From: Candidatus Parcubacteria bacterium
GTDB taxonomy: Bacteria > Patescibacteriota > Minisyncoccia > Phycocordibacterales > JAKFXT01
Direction of reading: 5' to 3'
DNA: 64,000 bases
NCBI GenBank assembly: GCA_021414235.1
Contig: JAIOOV010000004.1
Coordinates: 190,456-254,455 of the forward strand
Each line of letters opens with the position of its first letter. Within the stretch, counting starts at the first letter, position 1. Of this stretch, positions 17,420-26,292 are shown piece by piece. The notes below the pieces were generated by a model. The model made no database searches and was not told the origin of the DNA. It saw only the letters and a program-made list of their open reading frames with translations. A program made the translations under genes and the position numbers.

Positions 17420-19315
17420 GTGAATCACATTGTCCGAGACATCCTCGCCTCCGCAATCGTCCTCTCTTTTTTGGCACTCTCGATATCCGCGGAAGCCCTG
17501 ACGCTCTCCGCGGCGCCTGGTACACCCACTTCTACGCTCACCACCTACATCAATGGCGCGGATCGTGCCAATTTTCCTATTACCGTCCCGCTTGAGACTG
17601 CTACCACCGGAGCGGTCGAAGGGGATACGCTGGAGCTTTTCGTAAATGGCGCCCGCTTTCCGATTCCGGTCACGGGGGTGCTCTCTGCAAGCGATATCTC
17701 TGCTGATCAGCGCACCTTCACTTTGTCGCTCACGTTCGCCAATAACCTGAGCAACGGCGTTAAGAATTTCACTGCAGCCCTCTCCTCGAACGGTATTACC
17801 TACAGTTCTTCGAGCCCCGCGCTCACGCTTACGCTCGACACGAGCGCCCCCACGCTCTCGCCGGTATCCGTGGTGTCGAATAATACGGTCACTACGAAAG
17901 CCACCACGGGAAATGTAGTAACGCTCTCCTTTACGGCGAGCGAGGGTCTACGTACCCCCACGGTAACACTCGCTGGGCGTTCAGTGACTCCTGCGGGAGG
18001 TCCTCTTTCTTGGACGGCTTCCACCACCATGCTCTCGACAGACGGGGATGGGATCATTCCCTTTAGCATCTCCTATGCCGACCTCGCTGGTAACGTGGGT
18101 ACCACCATCTCTTCGGTACGTGGCGGGGGACAGAATGTGGTGTTTGATCGTACTGCGCCGGTCATCTCCTCGGCGACGAATATTGTGACGTCTGCTACGA
18201 CGGTGGATGGGACTAGTGTGAGCTTCGCTCCGACGGCGGTCGACGGTATCGAAGGCAGCCGTCCGGTCTCGTGCAACTTCGCTTCCGGGTATCTCTTCGC
18301 GATCGGCACGACCACAGTCTCTTGTACCTCAGCCGACTCTCTCGGTAACTCTGCTTCCGCCTCTTTCACGGTGGCGGTGCGTACGTTCATGCCGCTCTCT
18401 GCAAGCACAGCTCTGACTTCCGGAGCGCAGCAGGCAGTGACCGACGAGCATACTCTCTCTGCTTCCACCATCTCGGTGCCGAGCGATGCAGATACGCCCA
18501 CGCTTAATTTCAGTCCGATCCTTACTAGGAACTCCGGTGTCCCGAGCGTCTCTCTGGGCGGCGCGATTACTGTCTCTGCGCAGAGAGGTTCGGACGTGTT
18601 CTCCCTCCTTTTTCCTTCGAACCTCACCATCACCGGGCCCTCCTCCTGGAACGGGGTGTTCAAGCTACCGACTCTTAAGGCGAGCAATAGCGTGACCGTC
18701 ACGCCGTCTTCCGGCAATACGGCAAATAATGGATCGGTCATCGAAGTGGGTTCGGAGAGCACTCCTCTCACGCTCGATCGCGCGATCCGGCTGCTCATCC
18801 CACGCGCATGGAGCGAGTTCCTGGGGAAGAGTAGTGGCGGCGTCTTCGGGAAGATCAGTGCTATCTGTAACGCGGATGATCAGGACTCCGCGGATGCCCA
18901 GCTGTCTGCGGACGGCGACTGTCGTACCTCCGTCGGGATGGATATCGTGCTCTGGACCAAGCGCCCCGGCTCCTACGTGGTGTACAGCGAGACGCCCATC
19001 GCCTCCTCTCAGAGCCCCGCTGGAGGTGGTGGTGGAGGGGGAGGTGGCGGGGGAACCCTGATCGCACAGGTCACTGAAACTGGCTCTGTGAATCGCAATG
19101 TCTCACCCCAGACTGTTTCGGATCCTGCGCTGGTGCGTCCTGCGGATATCCAGAGGGACGGCGCTATCGACATCCTGGACTTCAATTCCTTGATGGTCGG
19201 CTGGGGCACTACCTCTCCTTCCGATCCCGCGGATACCAACGGAGATGGACAGGTAGATATTCTAGATTTCAATACCCTCATGGTATATTGGGGCAGCACG
19301 TATCAACTATTATGA
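17420..19315 (+). CDS. Secreted giant surface protein: Ig/HYR-like repeats, poly-Gly linker, C-terminal dockerin-like double Ca-binding repeat
   Basis: GTG start and signal peptide. Thr/Ser-rich beta-repeat region. SPAGGGGGGGGGGGTLIAQ linker. C-terminal ADIQRDGAIDILDFNSLMVGWG and ADTNGDGQVDILDFNTLMVYWG form a duplicated D-x-N/D-GDG-x-(V/I)D-x-x-D dockerin type-I-like signature. Confidence 0.6.
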   Translation: MNHIVRDILASAIVLSFLALSISAEALTLSAAPGTPTSTLTTYINGADRANFPITVPLETATTGAVEGDTLELFVNGARFPIPVTGVLSASDISADQRTFTLSLTFANNLSNGVKNFTAALSSNGITYSSSSPALTLTLDTSAPTLSPVSVVSNNTVTTKATTGNVVTLSFTASEGLRTPTVTLAGRSVTPAGGPLSWTASTTMLSTDGDGIIPFSISYADLAGNVGTTISSVRGGGQNVVFDRTAPVISSATNIVTSATTVDGTSVSFAPTAVDGIEGSRPVSCNFASGYLFAIGTTTVSCTSADSLGNSASASFTVAVRTFMPLSASTALTSGAQQAVTDEHTLSASTISVPSDADTPTLNFSPILTRNSGVPSVSLGGAITVSAQRGSDVFSLLFPSNLTITGPSSWNGVFKLPTLKASNSVTVTPSSGNTANNGSVIEVGSESTPLTLDRAIRLLIPRAWSEFLGKSSGGVFGKISAICNADDQDSADAQLSADGDCRTSVGMDIVLWTKRPGSYVVYSETPIASSQSPAGGGGGGGGGGGTLIAQVTETGSVNRNVSPQTVSDPALVRPADIQRDGAIDILDFNSLMVGWGTTSPSDPADTNGDGQVDILDFNTLMVYWGSTYQLL

Positions 19316-20574
19316 GCATGTATAAAGCGCTTTCGACTCTCGCGATCCTGCTCGGTATAGTTCTCCTTCCTTCCACTACGGAAGCAAGTTCCTTTGTTCT
19401 CGAGAACAAGACGATAACGGTGGAGGCTGGTAAGACATTCACTCTACCGGTCACGGTGGCACCAGGGGCGGGTGAGAAGCTCTACACCGCCAAGCTCGCA
19501 CTCGACTTTTCGCCAGAGATGCTCGAAGTCGTCTCCTTCACTTTTAAGCCATCTTGGCTCTCCGTCTCCCAGCCTGGCTATGACTCTGTCGACAATCCGA
19601 GAGGTGAGATGATAAAGACTGCAGGATTCCCCAAGGGGTTCTCTTCTTCTGTTTCCTTCGGCACAGTGACCTTCCGCGCCAAGAGCGTCGGGGAGGACGT
19701 CATCAGCGTTGGCCCTCGTTCTCTCATCCTCGATGCTACTAATAAGGATACGTTGACTTCCCGAGAGCAGGCGCGAGTCACTGTCAGGGCAGCATCCTCT
19801 CTCCCGCAGTCTGCTCCTGCGAAGCCTGCGGAAGACCCGAACCTCTTCGATATAAGTCATTCTCCTGAGATACAGACGGCAGGCGTGGGGCTCGTGTCCC
19901 GGGTCGCTCCAGGTGAGTTCCTCACGTTTTCAGTAAAGCTGCTCAATTTTGGTAACAAGAACAAGGTCGATGTGGGGCTCTCTTACAACGTCACAGACTC
20001 AGAAGGGAAGGTAATCTACCACGCGGAAGAGACGGTGGCGGTCGAGACTACCGCGAGCTTCGTGAAGACCATCCAGATCCCGTATGAGACGAAGCCTGGT
20101 CGCTACGTGGTGAGGAGCTTCATCACCTACAAGGATCAAGTCGCTCCTGCGCAGACCGAATTTCCCTTCACTGTGGAGGACAAGGTCCTCGGTCTCTTCC
20201 TGAGCGACTTCACTCTCTATGGAGGCACTACGGTTACTCTCAGTATTCTCTCGGTCCTGGGCTACACCCTGTTCCGCCGGTATAAGAAGGAGACTCGGTT
20301 CGCGCCGTTCGCATACGCCAATGTCCCTAGCGATGTTCGCATCTTCTATGAGATCCTCAGCGACACCATCATGGGCATGCGTCAGAGAGTAGGGGATGAT
20401 GCGCTCTTCGTCGCCTCTCAGATCGAAGGATTGAAGATAGATATCTCTACTGGCAGGGTGCTCTCCGTAGGGGAGAATCCTTCCAAAATCATCGCCTCTC
20501 TCGTATACGAATACGAGAAGCTTCTCGGCAAGAAGGTGTCCTTCTCGCTCCGTCCGGAGTCGATAGCTGCATAA
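19312..20574 (+). CDS. Type-I membrane protein with N-terminal cohesin-like domain, CARDB-like domain, single TM helix and ~100-aa cytoplasmic tail
   Basis: ATG overlaps the upstream stop (ATGA). Signal peptide MSMYKALSTLAILLGIVLLPSTTEA. KTITVEAGKTFTLPVTVAPGAGEKLYTAKLALDFSPEMLEVVSF…FGTVTFRAKSVGEDVISVGP matches the cohesin beta-sandwich pattern. Second domain (…LTFSVKLLNFGN…VDVGLSYNVTDSEGKVIYH…PGRYVVRSFITY) is CARDB-like. TM helix is GTTVTLSILSVLGYTLF. Confidence 0.55.
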   Translation: MSMYKALSTLAILLGIVLLPSTTEASSFVLENKTITVEAGKTFTLPVTVAPGAGEKLYTAKLALDFSPEMLEVVSFTFKPSWLSVSQPGYDSVDNPRGEMIKTAGFPKGFSSSVSFGTVTFRAKSVGEDVISVGPRSLILDATNKDTLTSREQARVTVRAASSLPQSAPAKPAEDPNLFDISHSPEIQTAGVGLVSRVAPGEFLTFSVKLLNFGNKNKVDVGLSYNVTDSEGKVIYHAEETVAVETTASFVKTIQIPYETKPGRYVVRSFITYKDQVAPAQTEFPFTVEDKVLGLFLSDFTLYGGTTVTLSILSVLGYTLFRRYKKETRFAPFAYANVPSDVRIFYEILSDTIMGMRQRVGDDALFVASQIEGLKIDISTGRVLSVGENPSKIIASLVYEYEKLLGKKVSFSLRPESIAA

Positions 20575-20585
20575 AGCGGAATTTT

Positions 20586-20969
20586 ATGAAAAAGAAAAAG
20601 ACCATCCTCATAGTGGAAGACGATGACAACATACGCGATCTGGTGGTAATCGCCCTTACGCCCAAAGGGCACACCTTGCTCCAGGCGAAGAACGGTGCGG
20701 AAGGAGTGGAGCTCGCCCTTGCGAATCATCCTGATCTCATCCTGCTTGATCTCATGATGCCGGTGATGGATGGTATGACAGCTTTCAAGAAGATCCGCGA
20801 AGACGCTTGGGGCAAGAACGTACCGGTCATCATCATGACCAACCTCAGCGCCACGGAAGACAAGCTGGTAGCGGACATGGTGGCCAACAAGCCCCTCCAT
20901 TACCTCATTAAGTCTGACTGGGAGATTCCGGACGTGATCAAGAAGATCGAAGCCGCCCTAGGTCTCTGA
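20586..20969 (+). CDS. Stand-alone response-regulator receiver domain (CheY-like)
   Basis: ILIVEDDDNIRDLV…LILLDLMMPVMDGMTAFKKIRED…VPVIIMTNLSA. The phospho-acceptor Asp is in LLDLMMP and the conserved Lys in the C-terminal HYLIKSD. No output domain. Confidence 0.75.
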   Translation: MKKKKTILIVEDDDNIRDLVVIALTPKGHTLLQAKNGAEGVELALANHPDLILLDLMMPVMDGMTAFKKIREDAWGKNVPVIIMTNLSATEDKLVADMVANKPLHYLIKSDWEIPDVIKKIEAALGL

Positions 20970-21034
20970 TACCTGGTTACCCACAGGAAGTTCTCTTTCG
21001 GAAGGGTATACTGGAGCCATGGCGGTGCGCTTAC

Positions 21035-23110
21035 GTGCCCGCACCCTTTTTCGTGAAAAGATTCATTTTCCGCAGTCTAACCACTTCTCTACTCGCTGCC
21101 TCTTTCGTACTCGCTTCGCTCCCTGCAGAGGCCCTGACGCTCTCCGAAGCTCCTGGTACGCCGACCTCTCCGCTCACGACGTATATCAACGGGGCAGACC
21201 GGGCAAGTTTCTCTGTCACCGTTCCTCTCTCTACCAGTACGACCGGCGCTGTGGCGGGAGACACGCTCGAACTCTACGTGAACGGAGTTTCCTTTCCTTC
21301 TCCTGTGACCGCGGTGCTCTCGAGTAATGATGTGGATGTCACAGGTTCTCATACCTTCACTCTTGCTCTGACTTTCGCCAACAACCTGAGTAACGGGGTG
21401 AAGAATTTCACCGCAGCTCTCTCTTCTGATGGGGTGAGTACGAGTACGGCGAGTCTCGTCCCCCTTACACTTACTCTAGATACGGCGGCGCCGACGCTCT
21501 CGCCAGTGTCTCTCTCTTCAGACGATGCGACCACCACCGTCGCGAATGTTGGAAATGTGGTCACGCTTTCCTTTACTTCGAACGAAAGTATCGCTGCACC
21601 CACCGTGACGCTTGCGGGGCGTTCGGCGACCGCTATCGGAGGACCTACCTCCTGGTCCGCTTCGACCACGATGATTTCTGCGGATACCGACGGAAGCATT
21701 CCGTTCAGTATCGCTTTTGCCGACCTCGCGGGTAACGTGGGTACCACCGTCTCTACTGTCCGTGGTGGGGGACAGAACGTTACCTTTGACCATACGCCGC
21801 CGGTGCTGGTGATGTCTGACATAGTCACTGCTGCCTCCTCTTCCGCTGGAACTATCGTTCAGTTCCCAGCGCTTGCGGCCGATGCAATCGGGGGGAATAA
21901 GGCGATCGTGTGCGACCGTCTCTCGGGTTCCGTCTTTGCGATCGGTACGACGACGGTGAGCTGTACGGCGAGCGATGCTCTCAATAACTCGACGTCCACC
22001 TCCTTTACTGTTTTGGTCCGTAGCTTCACCTCTCTTTCTACTAATACCTCTCTGTATGCGGGAGCGCAGCAGGTGGTAGTGAACGCCACGACCTCGGCTA
22101 CCTCTACTGTCTCTATACCTGTTGATGCAACGAGCCCTACGTTGAATCTTGCAGCGCTGCTCTCTACTACGAGTGATAGCGCGAGCGTGAGCCTAGGTGG
22201 CGCGCTTGCTGTGGAGGCGGTGAGGGGCGGCAATACGATCGCGGTCGCATTTCCTGCGGGGCTCACGGTCACCGGCCCTTCTTCCTGGAACGGTGTGCTC
22301 AATCTGCCCACGGTGAAGGCGAGCGATAGTGTCACGGTTACACCTACCGCTAATTACCGGGCGAGCGTGGGGCAGGTCATAGAGATAGGCGCTGGTGACG
22401 TTGCGCTGACGCTCGATCGTGCCGTACGCATCCTCATTCCTGGTGCTTGGCAGGCGTTCCTTGGCTGGAGCCGTAACGGAACCTTCGGCGCGATCACTAC
22501 GGTCTGTAACGCTGACAATCAAGGTGTTGTAGATGCACAACTTTCTGCCGGAGCAGATTGTCGCGTCAACATCGGCCAGGATACGGCTATATGGACTAAG
22601 CACTTCAGTTCCTTCTTCCCTTATGGAGAGACGCCCATCTCCTCTGTGTCTTCCGGAGGAAATGGCGGTGGAGGAGGGGGAGGTGGCGGTGGCTTCATAT
22701 CCGCCCAGACATCAGTGTCTGTTCAAACCGCACCTGCAACCCCTTCTCTTTCTGTAGAGCCTGTGGGTGCTGTTCTCGGTGCCTCGACCTATCGCTTCTC
22801 TACGACGCTCAAGAAAGGTTCGCGCGGTACGGCAGTGAAGGAGCTGCAGAAGATCCTCAAGGAAGAAGGCCTTTTCGATGAAGAGATCACTGGTCTCTTT
22901 GGAAACGTGACTCTACAGGCGGTTAAAGCGTATCAGAAGAAGAACAAGCTTGAGGCGGTAGGCGAAGTGGGGCCGGCTACGCGCAAGCTTCTCAATGCGC
23001 GCGCCACTTCCTCCCCAGCGCAATCGACAGATGCCCTTCGTGCGCAGATAGATCAGCTTCTCCTTTTGGTAAAGGCGCTCCAGGCGCAGATGAAGACGGC
23101 GGGTAATTAA
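21035..23110 (+). CDS. Paralogous giant surface protein: Ig/HYR-like repeats, poly-Gly linker, C-terminal peptidoglycan-binding (PG_binding_1) module
   Basis: Collinear with 17420-19315 at about 60-75% identity over roughly the first 540 aa (EALTLSEAPGTPTSPLTTYINGADRA…). Linker SSGGNGGGGGGGGGGFISAQ. The C-terminus LKKGSRGTAVKELQKILKEEGLFDEEITGLFGNVTLQAVKAYQKK is PG_binding_1-like instead of dockerin. Confidence 0.6.
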   Translation: MPAPFFVKRFIFRSLTTSLLAASFVLASLPAEALTLSEAPGTPTSPLTTYINGADRASFSVTVPLSTSTTGAVAGDTLELYVNGVSFPSPVTAVLSSNDVDVTGSHTFTLALTFANNLSNGVKNFTAALSSDGVSTSTASLVPLTLTLDTAAPTLSPVSLSSDDATTTVANVGNVVTLSFTSNESIAAPTVTLAGRSATAIGGPTSWSASTTMISADTDGSIPFSIAFADLAGNVGTTVSTVRGGGQNVTFDHTPPVLVMSDIVTAASSSAGTIVQFPALAADAIGGNKAIVCDRLSGSVFAIGTTTVSCTASDALNNSTSTSFTVLVRSFTSLSTNTSLYAGAQQVVVNATTSATSTVSIPVDATSPTLNLAALLSTTSDSASVSLGGALAVEAVRGGNTIAVAFPAGLTVTGPSSWNGVLNLPTVKASDSVTVTPTANYRASVGQVIEIGAGDVALTLDRAVRILIPGAWQAFLGWSRNGTFGAITTVCNADNQGVVDAQLSAGADCRVNIGQDTAIWTKHFSSFFPYGETPISSVSSGGNGGGGGGGGGGFISAQTSVSVQTAPATPSLSVEPVGAVLGASTYRFSTTLKKGSRGTAVKELQKILKEEGLFDEEITGLFGNVTLQAVKAYQKKNKLEAVGEVGPATRKLLNARATSSPAQSTDALRAQIDQLLLLVKALQAQMKTAGN

Positions 23111-23116
23111 TCTCTC

Positions 23117-24049
23117 ATGCACCGAACCCTCAGGACCTTGGCACGTTTCTTTATTCCTTCGAAAGGGAATCGCTATAAGCCGAGGTTCTTTACTGCGCGC
23201 CCGGTGGGTCTGATACTCGCCGTCCTGGTGCTCCTGGAGCTCGGAGTGCTCGCACAAGGAATGCTCCTTACGAGGAGCGATCGATATCTCACCAGCGTGC
23301 TCCCGGGGGCGCTCGCTGCTTTCTCGAATGAGGCCCGCAGCGAAGCCGCGCTTCCTGCGCTGCGCCCTGACGCACATCTTGCGAAGGCCGCCTTGCTCAA
23401 GGCGGAGGACATGGCCTCTCGCGGGTATTTCTCCCACCAGACCCCAGAGGGGCAGGAGCCCTGGATATTCTTGGAGAAAGCTGGGTATGACTATTCCTAC
23501 GCTGGTGAGAACTTAGCGGTGAACTTTTCTGATTCCCAGGACGTCACTGATGCGTGGCTCCTCTCTCCGACGCATCGCGCCAATCTTTTGAACGCGGATT
23601 TCTCCGAAGTCGGCTTCGGCGTCGCCACCGGCACCTACCAGGGCAGGGAAGCAGTCTTTGTGGTGCAGTTCCTCGCGGCTCCTGCTGGCGCTGATGTTCC
23701 TGTGCAGCCGGCGATGGAAGTGCTTCCTGCGGAGGTCTCCGTAGGAGAGAGCGGAGTGTCGGAGGTGAAGGCCTACGTCACCAGCCAGTCTTCTCTCTCG
23801 GGTCGCATCCTTTCTTCTCCTCGATCCCTTGCAAGTACGGTGAACCTCATCTTGCTCGCGTTCATCGCCTGTCTCTTTGCTCTCGCTATGGTACTCAAGC
23901 TCCGTGCACAGCAGAGGGAGGCCTGGAGCAACGGCCTTCTAGCCATAAGCGCTCTCGCTGGTCTCATCCTCCTCCAGGGAGGCCTCTTCCCTGGAGAGGT
24001 ATTCCTGCCGGAGAGTGCAGCGAGCGTTTCGCTCAGCGTCCCTCGGTAA
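23117..24049 (+). CDS. CAP (SCP/TAPS) domain protein with N- and C-terminal TM anchors
   Basis: GYFSHQTPEGQEPWIFLEKAGYDYSYAGENLAVNF…DAWLLSPTHRANLLNADFSEVGFGVA matches the CAP/SCP core. Hydrophobic segments flank the domain. Confidence 0.65.
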   Translation: MHRTLRTLARFFIPSKGNRYKPRFFTARPVGLILAVLVLLELGVLAQGMLLTRSDRYLTSVLPGALAAFSNEARSEAALPALRPDAHLAKAALLKAEDMASRGYFSHQTPEGQEPWIFLEKAGYDYSYAGENLAVNFSDSQDVTDAWLLSPTHRANLLNADFSEVGFGVATGTYQGREAVFVVQFLAAPAGADVPVQPAMEVLPAEVSVGESGVSEVKAYVTSQSSLSGRILSSPRSLASTVNLILLAFIACLFALAMVLKLRAQQREAWSNGLLAISALAGLILLQGGLFPGEVFLPESAASVSLSVPR

Positions 24050-24050
24050 A

Positions 24051-24086
24051 CGAAAACTCCCTCGCCTAGGCGAGGGAGTTTTCGTT
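24051..24086. terminator. Bidirectional terminator between convergent genes
   Basis: cgaaaactccctcgcc-tagg-cgagggagttttcg is a 16-bp perfect inverted repeat. Confidence 0.55.
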
Positions 24087-24093
24087 GCGAGAG

Positions 24094-24459
24094 TTAACGG
24101 ATTTTCTTGGTGCTCGTGGCGATGCGGGTCTCTTTGATTTTCTGCTGCACTGCTTTACGTTCGGTCTGGAGCTTGTCGATGGCTGCTTTTTTGGCGACAC
24201 GCTCCGCGGCGATGTCTTTCTTGATGGCGTCGGTTTTTGCTTTGGCCTCCTTGCGGATAGCTGTGATTTTTGCAGCGTACTCCTCGCGTAAGATCTTGAT
24301 CTTGTCCTGAAGCTCTTTCTGGAGGACTTGGATCTGCCGTTCTGCGGCGACGGTTGGGCTTGAAGAAGCGGTCTCTGTCTGGGCATGAGCAACACCAGCG
24401 ATCATGAAGGTGACAAAGAGGACTCCTGCTAAGTATTTAGTCATAGATTGAAATAACAA
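24094..24459 (-). CDS. Secreted coiled-coil protein (hypothetical)
   Basis: Signal peptide MTKYLAGVLFVTFMIAGVAHAQ followed by a K/E/A-rich heptad-like sequence. Confidence 0.4.
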   Translation of the reverse strand: MLFQSMTKYLAGVLFVTFMIAGVAHAQTETASSSPTVAAERQIQVLQKELQDKIKILREEYAAKITAIRKEAKAKTDAIKKDIAAERVAKKAAIDKLQTERKAVQQKIKETRIATSTKKIR

Positions 24460-24512
24460 CTTAATCTCATCTTCTGCAAAAAAAGTATATCACGCGGTCG
24501 AATCCCTGCACC

Positions 24513-25373
24513 TTAAGAAATCCCAGTAAATACGTGATAGCAATCCAGGAATTTCCCTGCGATCTGCTTCGAAGCCTCGGTCTCGGAAATCTCTTTCTTG
24601 TGGAGTGAGAGGATGGTATCCCAGAAGATGCTGCGTCCTACGGCGAATCCGATCATGCCGGGGATAGAGCGCGCCGCAGCGAGCCACTCCTTGGCGATGG
24701 GGAGATCCTCGCCGCGACCGAGGACGATGACTCCCACCTCGGAGCGCCCATCCGCGCGCGCCGCAGCCACGATGCGTTCATAGCCGGAACGATCTGGCAT
24801 ACCCTCCACCTTCCAGATGTCCGGCTCGACGCCGTGCCGATAGAAATCCGCAATGAGCTGCTCCAAGGCGTTTGCGCGCTCCCTAGGTTCGACGGGGGTC
24901 AGAGGCTCGAGGAGGAATCCTATGCCTTCGTTACGGCAGAATACGGAGAGTTCGCGGAGCTTGAGGATGTCCTCGAGGAGATGGTCGCTGCCGGCGGGAT
25001 TCCAGCGCACCAGCGCCTTGGCAAAGGTGGGACGTACGCGCTTGAGGTGCTCGCGGAATTCTTCGCCGTAGGCGAATTCGAATTCATCTCCTTTTCCGCC
25101 GCTCTTCTCCGCGCTCGCTGCGGTGATGATGCCGCGCGACTTGGCATCCTTCAATATGGAGAGACCATACTCCTCATCCACGAGGATGGCGCCTTCTCCA
25201 GAGGGAATGCCGCGCTCAAGCGCTATGAGGAACCCTTTGTAGATGATTTCCTTGTAATGGCTGATGGTCTGACGTTCTTCGGGAGAGAGGTCGGTAGAGC
25301 CGAAGAGGTTTTTTGCCAGGAACGTCCGATGATCGAACGGGAGCATGTAAAGGGGCTTCTGATATCCAAGCAT
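24513..25373 (-). CDS. DUF2090-like aldolase-type TIM-barrel protein (hypothetical)
   Basis: KPLYMLPFDHRTFLAKNLFG… resembles the DUF2090/IolC C-terminal family. Family assignment is from memory only. Confidence 0.4.
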   Translation of the reverse strand: MLGYQKPLYMLPFDHRTFLAKNLFGSTDLSPEERQTISHYKEIIYKGFLIALERGIPSGEGAILVDEEYGLSILKDAKSRGIITAASAEKSGGKGDEFEFAYGEEFREHLKRVRPTFAKALVRWNPAGSDHLLEDILKLRELSVFCRNEGIGFLLEPLTPVEPRERANALEQLIADFYRHGVEPDIWKVEGMPDRSGYERIVAAARADGRSEVGVIVLGRGEDLPIAKEWLAAARSIPGMIGFAVGRSIFWDTILSLHKKEISETEASKQIAGKFLDCYHVFTGIS

Positions 25374-25460
25374 AGGGAGGAAGATTATACCCTTAGTATA
25401 GTATCTTTGACGATTCCGCTCTAGGAGTCTGTCGGAAGCCTTCCTGCTATAATTCCTCGC

Positions 25461-26255
25461 ATGAATCCCTCCAGACGACCTTCGCCTCCATCGAAAGCAT
25501 CTGTTACTTCCTGGGGCAGCGTGGCGGAGTGGTATGACGAACTCCTCGAAGGGGACAAGGACAGCTATCAGCAGCAGGTCATACTGCCGAACCTCTTACG
25601 GCTCTTGGCCCCGAAAGCAGGAGAGAAGGTGCTCGACGTCGCTTGCGGCTCAGGTTTCTTCGCGCGTGCTGCAGCCTCTCTCGGCGCCCAAGTGATCGCT
25701 TCCGACGTGAGCGCGGAGCTCATTAAGATTGCCAAGGAGAAACCTACGACCAACATCCGCTACTATGCGTCTCCCGCGCATAAGCAGCCCTTCCTTGAAG
25801 CAGGGAGTACCGATAAGGCGATGATCGTGCTCGCACTCCAGAATATCAAGGAGATTCGTGAGACCCTGAAGGAGGTTGCTCGCGTGCTGAAGCCGTTCGG
25901 TTCGCTCCTCATTGTTCTCAATCACCCGTCTTTCCGCATACCCAAGGAGAGTGCCTGGGGGTACGATGAAGAGAAGAAGACGCAGTACCGACGTATCGAC
26001 CGCTACCTCTCCGAGATCTCTTCAGAGATAGAGATGCATCCAGGGAAGCCGGGTAGTGCGCGGACGCTCTCGTTCCATCGTCCGCTCCAGCTCTATTTCA
26101 AGGAACTGCGTGCCGCAGGGTTCTCGGTGACGCACCTCGAAGAGTGGATCTCGCATAAGAAGAGCCAGAAAGGCCCGCGACAGAAAGCTGAGGACCAGGC
26201 GCGCAAGGAGATACCTCTTTTCATGTGCCTCGCTGCGCAAAAGACCCTCTCGTAG
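25461..26255 (+). CDS. Class I SAM-dependent methyltransferase
   Basis: Motif I is VLDVACGSGFFARAAASLGAQVIASDVS. Motif II is AMIVLALQNI. Confidence 0.65.
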   Translation: MNPSRRPSPPSKASVTSWGSVAEWYDELLEGDKDSYQQQVILPNLLRLLAPKAGEKVLDVACGSGFFARAAASLGAQVIASDVSAELIKIAKEKPTTNIRYYASPAHKQPFLEAGSTDKAMIVLALQNIKEIRETLKEVARVLKPFGSLLIVLNHPSFRIPKESAWGYDEEKKTQYRRIDRYLSEISSEIEMHPGKPGSARTLSFHRPLQLYFKELRAAGFSVTHLEEWISHKKSQKGPRQKAEDQARKEIPLFMCLAAQKTLS

Positions 26256-26292
26256 GGCTTTCCTATCTGCCCTCGGGGGCAAGTGCTAGACT

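Noticed and set aside
18990-19080. GGT/GGA/GGG-rich repeats (ggtggtggagggggaggtggcggggga) at 19020-19055 and 22655-22695, which could look like short tandem repeats or a CRISPR-like signature
   Set aside because: They are in-frame poly-Gly linkers (11-12 Gly) inside the two paralogous surface proteins. No spacer/repeat periodicity and no cas genes. Not CRISPR.
17383-23110. The two paralogous surface-protein genes as a transposon- or IS-mediated duplication
   Set aside because: No transposase, integrase, inverted terminal repeats or target-site duplications were seen around either copy. Divergence (~25% at DNA level) indicates an old duplication, not a mobile element.
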